From contig JBHJGN010000011.1 of assembly GCA_050331735.1 (NCBI GenBank), forward strand, positions 32,001 through 96,000: DNA of 64,000 nucleotides, read 5' to 3'. This document shows positions 20,331 to 29,312 of this stretch, piece by piece (position 1 is the stretch's first letter; each line of letters starts with the position of its first letter). The position numbers and the translations under genes are program-made. Origin of the DNA: Cyanophyceae cyanobacterium (GTDB taxonomy: Bacteria; Cyanobacteriota; Cyanobacteriia; Cyanobacteriales; JBHJGN01). The notes under the pieces are model-generated. The model was not told the origin of the DNA and ran no database searches. It saw only the letters and a program-made list of their open reading frames with translations.

Positions 20331-21626
20331 ATTCAATGCTGCTGTTAGTTGCTGTAGCGGCAGCGTAACGGTAAACGTCGAGCCACAGTTGACTTCGCTG
20401 GTAAAGCTAATCTCTCCATTGCTATAGTCAACTGACTTTTTGACAATGGCTAAGCCTAACCCGGTGCCAGAGAGGATCAGCGCTTGGTGAGCATTACTAC
20501 CGCGATAGAATGGCTCGAAGATGTGAGGCTGGTCTTCTGGAGGAATGCCGAGACCGCAGTCCTGAATTTGCAGGGTGACGCTGCTAGCCTCATAGACGAT
20601 GTTGATGCGGATCAAACTTTCCTCTGGGGAATACCACATCGAGTTAGTAAGTAGAGGACTCAAAATTTGCTGAAGCAGCTTAGCGTTTAAATAAACGGGG
20701 CGGCAGCGTTCCCCCTGAAGATCGACGGGATGAGACAGGCCAAACAGTTCCTGTAGCTCGGCAGTTAGGTGCTGACAAAACGGCTCTAGCTCAACAATCG
20801 CAGCGGATGTGTAGTCGAGGCGATCGCCTTCATGGAAAAACTCCACTTCTTCGAGGCGTTGAACCATGTGTTGAATGGCTAAGTGCATCCTGCGAAAAAC
20901 AGTCTGTTTCTGGTCTTCATTGAGAAAGGAAAAGAGCCGCTCGATGGTACTCGCCGACATGGAGAGAATGTTCAACGGGGTGCGAAACTCATGGGAAATA
21001 CTGTTGAGCAAATTGGTCTTAAACTCGCCTAGCTTTGTTTGTGCTTCTAGCTGCCTGAGAGTTGCTTCTGTTTGCTTGCGCTGGGTCAAATCTCGCATAA
21101 TCCAGCACCATCGCTGTTGCCGATGGGTCTGGGTAGACACAGAAATCTCGACAGGAATAGAAGCCGCGTCCCGGGGCTGGAGGTTGACTTCCCAGCCCAC
21201 AATTTTTTGTTGCCGTCCGAGGGCGACGATCTGAAGGCGAAACAGATCGCTGTCTGAGTCGGCGACAAAAATGCTGAGAGGCTTACCGAGCAGATACTGC
21301 TGCGGAACGCCTAGCAGGGTCGCTGCGGCCCGATTAGCACTTTGAATAGTGCCTCGGCTGTCTGTCTCTAAATAGCCGTCAGGCGCTTCTTCAAATAGCT
21401 CTAGGTAGCGCTGGCGTTCTGTTTCTAATGCGTGACGAGTTGCGATCAGTTCCTGGTTCTGCGTGTAGATTTCCTCCACCGCTACGTGCAGTTCCTCAAT
21501 GGCGATGGATAAAGCAGCGATCGCCGGCGGCAACAGTGACGGCGCCGTGCCTTTCGTTTGCTGCTCAATGAGCTGTAAGTGCTGCTGGACCGATGAAAAC
21601 CGATTTTCAAAATTAGCAATGTTCAT
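20328..21626 (-). CDS. Soluble coiled-coil + PAS histidine kinase
   Basis: PAS (APDGYLETD..G.I..AN), HEFRTPL, DCGLGI, FEPFYRG and GTGLGL; no TM segment. Confidence 0.9.
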   Translation of the reverse strand: MNIANFENRFSSVQQHLQLIEQQTKGTAPSLLPPAIAALSIAIEELHVAVEEIYTQNQELIATRHALETERQRYLELFEEAPDGYLETDSRGTIQSANRAAATLLGVPQQYLLGKPLSIFVADSDSDLFRLQIVALGRQQKIVGWEVNLQPRDAASIPVEISVSTQTHRQQRWCWIMRDLTQRKQTEATLRQLEAQTKLGEFKTNLLNSISHEFRTPLNILSMSASTIERLFSFLNEDQKQTVFRRMHLAIQHMVQRLEEVEFFHEGDRLDYTSAAIVELEPFCQHLTAELQELFGLSHPVDLQGERCRPVYLNAKLLQQILSPLLTNSMWYSPEESLIRINIVYEASSVTLQIQDCGLGIPPEDQPHIFEPFYRGSNAHQALILSGTGLGLAIVKKSVDYSNGEISFTSEVNCGSTFTVTLPLQQLTAALN

Positions 21627-21715
21627 AACTGATGTAGCAGTGCCGATGATTCCTCGCCATGAATGTCGGGGATGTTAGCAACTAGCAATTAGCTTAGCTC
21701 ATTTAAGATGACGAA

Positions 21716-22888
21716 TCACGTCACAAAAATTTTGTAATCAGCCCGCTCTTGTTTCGCTTGATACATAGCTGCATCGGCCTCTTGCAGAATGTCTTGAGGA
21801 TGTTGGTGAGCGGGACTAGAAAGCGCAATGCCGATGCTGAGGCAGACCACAAACTGCCGCTCGTCAACGGTCATCGGCACCTTCGACGCCTGGAGGATAC
21901 GATTGGCACAGTGCTCCGCGTCTTGGTAGCTGCCGATCTCCTCGAGCAAAATCACAAACTCATCCCCGCCTAGGCGAGCCGCCGTATCCGCTACTCTGAC
22001 ACATTGCGTTAGGCGAGCGGCGGTTTTTACCAAGATTTCATCGCCGATGAGATGACCAAAGCTGTCGTTAATTTGCTTAAAGTCGTTGACATCGATAAAC
22101 AAAACCGCAAATAGCCGCTCTGGATACCGCTTAAATAACTGGAGGGCATGGCTCAAGCGGTTAAATAGCAGAGTGCGATTGGGTAAAGTTGTCAGGCTAT
22201 CGTAAAGAGCTTGGTGGAGTAGCTCGGCTTCAAGCTGCTTTTTTTGCGTAATATCCCGGAATCGCCAGCGCATCCCCACCACCTCTTGAAAACGGCAAAT
22301 CCGAGACACAGCGATCACCACCGTCACCAGGTTTTCCTGGCGAGGCTGGAGCCGCGTTTCCCAGTCTTGAAGACGCTCATCCAGGCTGAGGTTTTCTGGG
22401 GATGACTGAGCGAGCTGATTGAGTAAGGCTCTGATTTGTGGGCGCTCTGCGGCAGCAAAATAGAGGATCAACGGTTTGCCAATCAAGAAATCCTGGCGAA
22501 TATTAAGCAAAGCCGCTGCGGCACCATTCGCTTTCAAAATGATGCCGCTTTTGTTAGTCACAATGAGAGCATCAGGAGCGAACTGAAGCTGCGGCGAGGT
22601 TCCTGCCGCTTGACAAATTGCGAGCCACTCTTCATTCCGGTACGATAGTTCTTCTGCTGCTGTTTGTAGCTCTTCTAAACTACTAGAAAGCACGGATAGC
22701 GTTTGCAACAAGAGCGATGGTAGAGTACTGGCAATTCTCTGCGAATTTTCTACCGAAGCAGCCTTAGACTGCACTTGGTGGGAAGCTTCTGTTCCCTGAG
22801 TTATGCGAAGAGCCTCATAAACAGATTGCTCTATTTCTGCTAATCGCTGACGCACTGTTTCAAGTTGTTGATGAAATACGTCAGTCAT
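21716..22888 (-). CDS. Coiled-coil + PAS diguanylate cyclase
   Basis: YDSLTTLPNR, DFKQINDSFGH..GD and intact RLGGDEF. Confidence 0.92.
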   Translation of the reverse strand: MTDVFHQQLETVRQRLAEIEQSVYEALRITQGTEASHQVQSKAASVENSQRIASTLPSLLLQTLSVLSSSLEELQTAAEELSYRNEEWLAICQAAGTSPQLQFAPDALIVTNKSGIILKANGAAAALLNIRQDFLIGKPLILYFAAAERPQIRALLNQLAQSSPENLSLDERLQDWETRLQPRQENLVTVVIAVSRICRFQEVVGMRWRFRDITQKKQLEAELLHQALYDSLTTLPNRTLLFNRLSHALQLFKRYPERLFAVLFIDVNDFKQINDSFGHLIGDEILVKTAARLTQCVRVADTAARLGGDEFVILLEEIGSYQDAEHCANRILQASKVPMTVDERQFVVCLSIGIALSSPAHQHPQDILQEADAAMYQAKQERADYKIFVT

Positions 22889-22985
22889 AAAGGAGTGTTT
22901 GCAGTAGAGCGCTTTGAGAGGTCGCGGGTGTCGCTTGGCATTGTTACCGATGCGAATTGATTTGTCGGCTCGGTAGAGTACATAT

Positions 22986-23705
22986 TCAGGCGATGTAGTA
23001 ATGTAAGGCCAGTTTTTCGAGATACTGCTCTACCTTCGTTTGGTAATTGCGACAGTCCTCGCCCGCTTTTTCTACCAATACTTGTTGCTTTTTGATCAGA
23101 ATTTTTCCCCGGTGGTAGGCAATAATGCCTTGACGACCCCAAGCTGACGCAATTTCTGAAATCGTAGCGCGGCGGACCCCGAGCATCTCTGAAAGCAGCT
23201 CCTGAGTAAACGGCAGCTCATCTCGCTGCATACTGCTTTGAGCTAACAAGAGCCAGCGAGCTAGTCGTGTTTCAACGGGTCTAAGAGTGTTGTACATAAT
23301 GGTTTGCATCATTTGGAGCTGAAGAATTTGCGCAAATTCCAGTAGCTTTTGCTGAAGAACTTCTCTGCGCTTGAGTGCAGACCTTAACACCTCTACCGAT
23401 AACTGTTGAGCGGTCCCAGAAAACTGGAGCGTTGCGTTCGCCTCGCCGTAGCGACTACCAAAAATAACAGGCAAACCGACCATGCCTTCACTGCCAATAA
23501 TTCCCGCATCACACGTATTGCCATTCTGAGTAATCAGAACGAGGGAGACAAGGGCTTGTTCGGGAAAATAAACCGTCGTGATTTCCTCTTCCACGTGATA
23601 GAGAATTTGTCCTCGTTTGAGCGAGACGGGCTTTAAGTGAATATTAAGACGCTGATACTCACTTGGAGGGAGTGCGGCTAGTAATCTGTTGCGAGGAGCT
23701 ATCAT
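22986..23705 (-). CDS. Crp/Fnr-family transcriptional regulator
   Basis: NRLLAALP, cNMP-like domain (G.EGMVG), RLARWLL and HTH TQELLSEMLGVRRATIS. Confidence 0.9.
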   Translation of the reverse strand: MIAPRNRLLAALPPSEYQRLNIHLKPVSLKRGQILYHVEEEITTVYFPEQALVSLVLITQNGNTCDAGIIGSEGMVGLPVIFGSRYGEANATLQFSGTAQQLSVEVLRSALKRREVLQQKLLEFAQILQLQMMQTIMYNTLRPVETRLARWLLLAQSSMQRDELPFTQELLSEMLGVRRATISEIASAWGRQGIIAYHRGKILIKKQQVLVEKAGEDCRNYQTKVEQYLEKLALHYYIA

Positions 23706-23940
23706 AATTTGCTGATGTAAAAATTTGAAGAAGGTGGAGCTGGAGACAAGATTGCTACGCGCTCGATTGGTGTTACAGACTTGACAGACGGAGGCAGATT
23801 AAATCGCAAAGATGAGAAAAAAGCTAGGTTGAGCTTACTACCATTTTCTACAACTTGACTGCTATTTTTGCTGTTTTCTTGCTGGCAAAAGTATGTTTGC
23901 ATGAGGAGCTGATGCACAGCAACAAGCTAAACAAGGGAGT

Positions 23941-23971
23941 AACGTGCTTTGAATCCTATTCAAAGCACGTT
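23941..23971. promoter_or_regulatory. Perfect 14-bp inverted repeat in a divergent intergenic region
   Basis: AACGTGCTTTGAAT-CCT-ATTCAAAGCACGTT with a T run 6 nt downstream. Function unknown. Confidence 0.5.
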
Positions 23972-24366
23972 CCGCGATTTTTTTTAGCTGTAGCTAACAT
24001 AGATATCAAGATAGATAACACGCAGTAGCAAATATATCTAAATAAAGGGTCTTGAGTAGGCGGGTAGAATTAAACTGAAAATCAAAGCAGATTAGCTCTT
24101 AGCTTTTCCTGCTTCTCTTTGCTTTCTTAGGTTTTACACTTTATTTCGTCTTCCTACTTATTTTTAAACTTTTGAGTACAAAAATAGAGGCCTGCGTTTA
24201 TTATATCAAAGCAGTTAAGTAATTTCTAGAATCAACCGACAGATTGAACTGTTAAGTTTGCCTGTATCTGGTGTAACAGCTTAAACGACGTGTAAGATTT
24301 AAAGTGAAAGGGAAAACAGTGACCAGTCTAGTTAGTTCATTGAACTGATAACTGATAACTGTTAAG

Positions 24367-24470
24367 TCCCTTTCCCCCTTACCCTTTCCCCTTTTCCCGC
24401 GCCAACGGCGCTTTCCCCTTTTCCCGTTGCGGAGCAACTATTTTCCCGTCTCAAAGTCCCGTCCCGATGA
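24367..24470 (-). repeat. Partial copy D of the hairpin/heptamer repeat (C-rich arm, no core)
   Basis: TTTCCCC heptamers, GCGCC-AAC-GGCGC, GTTGC-GGA-GCAAC and degenerate GTCCC modules; preceded by three AACTGAT-type heptamers (24343-24363). Confidence 0.85.
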
Positions 24471-24491
24471 CGCTTCAACTGGAGGTAGAGA

Positions 24492-25724
24492 GTGAAACCT
24501 GAGTTGGTACAAGATCTAGACGAGTTTCAAAGCAGACTAGAAAAGCTCTTTAAAGAAACGCTCGTCACTACTAATCCAAATGTGCAGCATCTGCTCGCCA
24601 ATGTTTACAAAGAACTTGGTCAGGCTTCCGAAAAACTACTGGTGGCCTCTGAAGAAATTCTGGCTCAGTCTCAGCAGTTAAAAACGTTACAGAGCCAGTT
24701 GAACCGCGAACGTTACCTCCTAGGCAATGAGGTTAACGAGCAGTCACATAGTATTCTCGTTACCAATGAGCAAGGCGTTATTCAGCAAGCAAGTTCGGCA
24801 GTTGGCTATCTGTTGAACATTGAGCCGCGTTTTTTATTAAATAAACCAGTAGAAACTTTTTTTACGCCTCGCGAGCGTCGCCTCTTTCCCTTCATGATGC
24901 AAAAACTCTGCGAGAGTCAACAGATCCAGCGGTGGACGGTTGAGATCCAGCCTCGCCACTGTCGTCCTATTGTCGTGCTGCTGCGGGCTGTTCCCGTTCG
25001 GGGGCAAGACTCGACAATTCGCTGGAGCTTTACCTGTTTAAGCTCCTCCCAGCGCAGTAAAAATTTTGCCTATCCTCACCGAAACACCCAGTCCTACAGG
25101 CAAGGAGAAATCGTTAGTTTACAGTCGCCAGAGTTGCTTTGGGTTGTTCGTGCAGGCATCGTTAAGCTGAGCACCACCAGCGAAACGGGAGAGGAGGTGC
25201 TGTTGGGCTTAGTTGGTCCTAATATGCCCTTCGGTGCTGCTTTAACGGCTTTGCCCATCTACCAAGCGACAGCGCTTTCAGAAACCGTGGAGCTGATACC
25301 TCTGTCTCAATTAGAGATTGAGCGGCGATCGCTGCTGCCAGACTTTATGCCACAGCTCATTCAGCGGCTACAGCAAACAGAAATCCTGCTAGCAATTTCC
25401 GGTAAGCGACACGTCCAAGAGCGGCTTGATTACCTCTTGCAGTGGCTCAAAGAGCACTTTGGTCAACCCCACCCCCAAGGAATCCGGCTCAGCATCCGCC
25501 TCACTCATCAAGACCTCGCCGATGCCTGCTGCACCACCCGAGTCACCATCAGCCGCCTGATCGGCAAACTCAAGCAACAGGGCAAAATTGCTTACGATTC
25601 TGAGTACAATATTGTCCTTTTAAGCGAGGGGAAAAATGTCCCGGAGGGACGGGGACAGGGGAAAGGGAAAATTGTCGCGTTCGCGACGGGGAAAGAACAC
25701 AGAACTAAGGAATCGGCTGAGTAA
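24492..25724 (+). CDS. Coiled-coil + PAS + Crp-family regulator fusion
   Basis: PAS (ILVTNEQGVIQQAS), GIVKLST...GEEVLLGL and HTH LTHQDLADACCTTRVTISR. The last ~32 aa are read from repeat copy E. Confidence 0.85.
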   Translation: MKPELVQDLDEFQSRLEKLFKETLVTTNPNVQHLLANVYKELGQASEKLLVASEEILAQSQQLKTLQSQLNRERYLLGNEVNEQSHSILVTNEQGVIQQASSAVGYLLNIEPRFLLNKPVETFFTPRERRLFPFMMQKLCESQQIQRWTVEIQPRHCRPIVVLLRAVPVRGQDSTIRWSFTCLSSSQRSKNFAYPHRNTQSYRQGEIVSLQSPELLWVVRAGIVKLSTTSETGEEVLLGLVGPNMPFGAALTALPIYQATALSETVELIPLSQLEIERRSLLPDFMPQLIQRLQQTEILLAISGKRHVQERLDYLLQWLKEHFGQPHPQGIRLSIRLTHQDLADACCTTRVTISRLIGKLKQQGKIAYDSEYNIVLLSEGKNVPEGRGQGKGKIVAFATGKEHRTKESAE

Positions 25725-25805
25725 CCCCCCTTTACCCCTTCCCCCTTCCCCGTTGCGCAGCAACTATTTCCCCATTGCGCAGCAACCGCCCGCGCCTAGA
25801 AGCGC
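25628..25805 (+). repeat. Full copy E of the composite repeat
   Basis: GTCCC-GGA-GGGAC, GTCGC-GTTC-GCGAC, core GAACACAGAACTAAGGAATCGGCTGAGTA, C heptamers, GTTGC-GCA-GCAAC, ATTGC-GCA-GCAAC and GCGCC-TAGA-AGCGC. Confidence 0.92.
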
Positions 25806-27640
25806 TACACGCTTTCCATCATTAAAATGACGCCGATATGCTCTTGAAGCTGATCGATCAGCGGAGTGATGGTAACGCGGCACTGAATTGTTTGACCGCG
25901 GCGATTGATGGCTTCTAGCTCAATGACTTGTCGGGCCTCCCTTCCGTCAAGACAGAGACGGATGGGATCGCGGAGCTGCTGAACCGGTAAGCCAATATCT
26001 AATCCTAAAAAAGATTGTCCCCGGACTTCATCTGTACGCAGTCCCCAGAGGTTTTCCGCTTCAACATTCCAGCTCAAAATATTAAACTGGCGATTAACCA
26101 CAACGACTCCAGCCTGAAGGCTTGTCAGAATCGAATTTAAGAAAGCGTTGGTCTGATTCAGTTCGGTGGTGCGCTGGCGAAGTTCGTCGTTGATCGTTTG
26201 CAGTTCTTCGTTGGTAGACTGGAGTTCTTCGTTCATGGTTTCCAGTTCTTCATTGGTAGACTGGAGTTCCTCGTTGGTCGTCTCTAGTTCTTCATTGGTA
26301 GACTGAAGTTCCTCGTTGGTCGTCTCCAGTTCTTCGTTACTAGACTGGAGTTCCTCGTTAGCCGTTTCTAGCTCTTGGTTAGCCTGCTGGAGTTCTTCAT
26401 TAAGGTCGTGATAGCGGCTGACGTCGACAAAGGTAATGCTGATGCCCAGCAGCACCCCCGACTCTTCCTGAAGAGGAGTAAACTGAACATCGAGATACTG
26501 AAGTTTGCCATCCGGCAGGTAACGGACCACGTTCTGGACTCGAATTGGCTGGCGATCGCTCAGAATCTGGTCGCATTTCGAGCGCAAGTCTAACGGTCGA
26601 TAGGAAATTTCTAAATCGCGGATCGGTTGATTGAGAGCCTGGGGTGAGATGTTGAAGGTCGATTGGGCAACTTCATTAACCAGAATCAGGGTTCCGTTAA
26701 CGTCAACAACGAGCTGAGCTAGCGAAACCGCATTAAACGCCAGTTCCCGCAGGCGCTCCTCGCGCTCCTGACGCTGGCTGAGAGCATTTCTGGTTAGTGA
26801 AGCTATCCGTCTGCGTTCATTATCTGTTGGCACTGTTCTAAAAATTCGGTGCTGAAGATTAATGGGCGTAAACAGATCTGAGTGAGTGAGCAGCATTTCT
26901 GCTTTGCCTAAAAACAAAAAGCCGGTATCGTTAAGGGCAAAGTGAAAACGGTTGAGGATGCGCCCTTGGGTCTCTGCGTTAAAGTACATCAGCGTATTGC
27001 GGCAAACCAACAGATCGAGGCGAGAAATGGGGGCATCTTGGACAAGATCGTGACGACCAAAAATGACGCTGCGCCGCAGATCGGCGCGGAACGCCCAGCG
27101 TTCCCCCTGGCGTTCAAAATAGCGCTCTTGCAGCTCGGGAGAAATCGTTTCTAGTGCTTCAGTACTGTAGCTAGCGTGACGAGCTTCACTCAACGCTTCT
27201 TCGTCTACATCCGTTGCATAAATCTTGACCCGCTGGCGACAGTCTTCAATTCCAAGCTCCTCAGAGAAGAGGATCGCTAGCGTATAGGCTTCTTCCCCCG
27301 AGGCACATCCAGCACTCCAAATGCGAATCGGCTGGGTATCTCGTCGCTCGCGGAGCAGATTCGGCAACACGTGAGTTTGTAAATAGGTCCAAGCTTCGGC
27401 ATCTCGAAAAAAACTGGTGACATTGATCAAAATCGTGTTAAACAACGGCAAGAATTCATCGGGACGAACCTGTAAATAATCGAGGTAGTCGCCAAAACTA
27501 TCAATTTGCTGGCGCTGCATTTGCCGAGTAATCCGGCGCTTGATGCTAGAGCGCTTGTAGCCCGTAAAATCAAAACCTCTTTTTTCTCTCAAAAACTCTA
27601 GAAGCGATTCAAAAACTTGATCTTCTTCGTTAGTATTCAT
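25805..27640 (-). CDS. cheR: CheR-type glutamate methyltransferase with PAS, long coiled coil and second PAS
   Basis: GFDFTGYK, INVTSFFRD, RIWSAGCASGEEAY, ATDVD, DLLVCRN and (NEELQST/NEELETT)n. True start taken as ATG 27640; the track's extra 62 aa are repeat-derived. Confidence 0.9.
   Translation of the reverse strand: MNTNEEDQVFESLLEFLREKRGFDFTGYKRSSIKRRITRQMQRQQIDSFGDYLDYLQVRPDEFLPLFNTILINVTSFFRDAEAWTYLQTHVLPNLLRERRDTQPIRIWSAGCASGEEAYTLAILFSEELGIEDCRQRVKIYATDVDEEALSEARHASYSTEALETISPELQERYFERQGERWAFRADLRRSVIFGRHDLVQDAPISRLDLLVCRNTLMYFNAETQGRILNRFHFALNDTGFLFLGKAEMLLTHSDLFTPINLQHRIFRTVPTDNERRRIASLTRNALSQRQEREERLRELAFNAVSLAQLVVDVNGTLILVNEVAQSTFNISPQALNQPIRDLEISYRPLDLRSKCDQILSDRQPIRVQNVVRYLPDGKLQYLDVQFTPLQEESGVLLGISITFVDVSRYHDLNEELQQANQELETANEELQSSNEELETTNEELQSTNEELETTNEELQSTNEELETMNEELQSTNEELQTINDELRQRTTELNQTNAFLNSILTSLQAGVVVVNRQFNILSWNVEAENLWGLRTDEVRGQSFLGLDIGLPVQQLRDPIRLCLDGREARQVIELEAINRRGQTIQCRVTITPLIDQLQEHIGVILMMESV
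26181..26402 (-). repeat. Intragenic 21-bp tandem repeat encoding about 10 NEELxxx heptads
   Basis: Units such as GTTCTTCATTGGTAGACTGGA and GTTCCTCGTTGGTCGTCTCTA alternate with a 42-bp super-period. Confidence 0.9.
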
Positions 27641-27642
27641 TC

Positions 27643-27841
27643 GTCGAACGGGACGGGTAAAGGGGAAGGGGGAAATTGTCGCGTTCTCGACGGGAAAAGG
27701 GAAAAGGGGAAATTGTCGCGTTCGCGACGGGAAAGAACACAGGACTAAGGAATCGGCTGAGTACCCCCCCCTTTCCCCCTTCCCCTTTCCCCGTTGCGCA
27801 GCAACTATTTCCCCGTTGCGCAGCAACTGCGCCGACAGCGC
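27643..27841 (+). repeat. Full copy F of the composite repeat (fills the cheB-cheR spacer)
   Basis: GTCGC-GTTC-TCGAC, GTCGC-GTTC-GCGAC, core GAACACAGGACTAAGGAATCGGCTGAGTA, GTTGC-GCA-GCAAC twice and GCGCC-GAC-AGCGC. Confidence 0.92.
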
Positions 27842-28552
27842 TTATCCAATGGGACTCGAATCGTTATTAGACATTACCAAAGAAATTAGCTTGAGAGCAA
27901 TATGGTTCAGCGGTAAGACAAAATTGATTGCGCCTGTTTTAATGGCAGCACTCGGCATACTGAAGCATTCAGCCGTTCCTTCATCTTGGGCGATCGCAAT
28001 ACCGCCTAGTTCGTGAATTTTTTGAATTCCGGCTCCGCCATCCTTTCCGGCTCCGGTGAGCACAACAGCAATCGCGCGACTGCCATAGCTGACGGCGACG
28101 GAGTTGAATAAAATGTCCGCCGAAGGACGCACAAAATTCATGAGTTTGGTCTGGCTGAGGGAAAGAACGCCACCAGAATCGACCTGGAGATGATAATTAG
28201 GAGGTGCAATATAGACTACTCCTGGCTTGAGGCGATCGCCAACCTCGGCCTGCTTCACGACTAAATCAGTTTTTCGCCGCAGAATTTCTGCCATTAGGGA
28301 GCGGTGCTTGGGGTCAAGATGCTGTACTATTAAGATAGAGGCGGTAAAATTTGCGGGCAAATCTGAAAGAATTCGGCTAATCGCATTCAGTCCTCCAACA
28401 GAGGCGGCGATCGCCACAACCTCAAAGACTCTGTTAACAGACGACTCGCTTTTATTTTGTTTGAGCGCATCATCGCTCCCTTTAAGTGTTTTTCCCGCAT
28501 TAACGTTATTCACTGAGCCGCTGCCCCAATCTTTTACTTCAATTCTACTCAC
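27842..28552 (-). CDS. cheB: Stand-alone CheB methylesterase (no receiver domain); start uncertain (GTG 28552 or 28513)
   Basis: AASVGG (Ser), IVQHL (His), RPSAD, VLTGAGKDG (Asp), AQD and MP.AAI. Confidence 0.9.
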   Translation of the reverse strand: MSRIEVKDWGSGSVNNVNAGKTLKGSDDALKQNKSESSVNRVFEVVAIAASVGGLNAISRILSDLPANFTASILIVQHLDPKHRSLMAEILRRKTDLVVKQAEVGDRLKPGVVYIAPPNYHLQVDSGGVLSLSQTKLMNFVRPSADILFNSVAVSYGSRAIAVVLTGAGKDGGAGIQKIHELGGIAIAQDEGTAECFSMPSAAIKTGAINFVLPLNHIALKLISLVMSNNDSSPIG

Positions 28553-28562
28553 AAAGCAACTT

Positions 28563-28720
28563 TCGCTGCGCAATGGGGCAAGCGCCGTTGGCGCAGTTGC
28601 TGCGCAACGGGTAAAGGGGAAGGGGGAAAGGGGGAAGTACTTAGCCGATTCCTTAGTCCTGTGTTCTTTTCCCCGTCCCGGAGGGACAAATTTCCCTTTC
28701 CCCGTCGCGTTCGCGACAAT
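28563..28720 (-). repeat. Full copy G of the composite repeat
   Basis: GCGCC-GTT-GGCGC, GTTGC-TGC-GCAAC, G heptamers, core TACTTAGCCGATTCCTTAGTCCTGTGTTC, GTCCC-GGA-GGGAC and GTCGC-GTTC-GCGAC. Confidence 0.92.
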
Positions 28721-28734
28721 TGCCTCTGACGCAT

Positions 28735-29157
28735 TTATGAGTGCTGATCGTTCAAATACTTCCGATTACACTCCACGATCTGTTTTGATTTTGCTAACTG
28801 CTTTCGCAGAACTTGATAGTATTCATTGGTGGCTTCAACGTGCTCCCAAACAGCTCTCACGTGTTCTGCGACCGCTTGCTCGTGCGACTGATGGGAGGAT
28901 TCGTTGTGTTCCTGCTCTGAATCCTGGGCATGCTTTCGCAGTTCCTGAGCATAACCCTGAATGACTTTTCCCCGTTCCTCGATTAATCTTCCTGCCTCCC
29001 GATCTGCTGTTTTAGCTACCGAACGCCCAGCTTTTGCAATCTCTTTTCCGTGTCTCTCTACGGTGTCTGCATGTTTCTGCGCGAGTTGTGCTGTGCTTTG
29101 AGCAACGTCGGGACTAATTTTTTTGTTTGGCGAAGGCATAGATACCTCTGGGTACAA
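28735..29157 (-). CDS. Helical His/Gln/Glu-rich hypothetical protein upstream of cheB
   Basis: 140-aa ORF co-oriented with cheB and cheR; no recognisable motif. Confidence 0.6.
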   Translation of the reverse strand: MYPEVSMPSPNKKISPDVAQSTAQLAQKHADTVERHGKEIAKAGRSVAKTADREAGRLIEERGKVIQGYAQELRKHAQDSEQEHNESSHQSHEQAVAEHVRAVWEHVEATNEYYQVLRKQLAKSKQIVECNRKYLNDQHS

Positions 29158-29312
29158 TACTGCAATTATTCGTTATGCCTTAGTCTTGCTGCCTCTTTCT
29201 ACAGAACTATCTAGAGACGTGAAAACCGCCGCCCCTTCCACGTCTTGAGGTAGCTCAAACTCCATCACCAATCAAGATTCGGCGATCGCGGTCATTGGCT
29301 CCTGGTCACTGC

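Noticed and set aside
26181..26402. 21-bp tandem repeat as a non-coding array or VNTR
   Set aside because: It is in frame within cheR and varies mainly at synonymous positions; it encodes a coiled coil common in CheR-PAS proteins.
27641..27826. 62-aa N-terminal extension of CheR in the ORF track
   Set aside because: It is a translation of repeat copy F; the CheR domain starts at MNTNEEDQ (ATG 27640).
28227..28964. 245-aa plus-strand ORF
   Set aside because: Antisense to cheB and the upstream gene and runs through repeat G; no recognisable domain.
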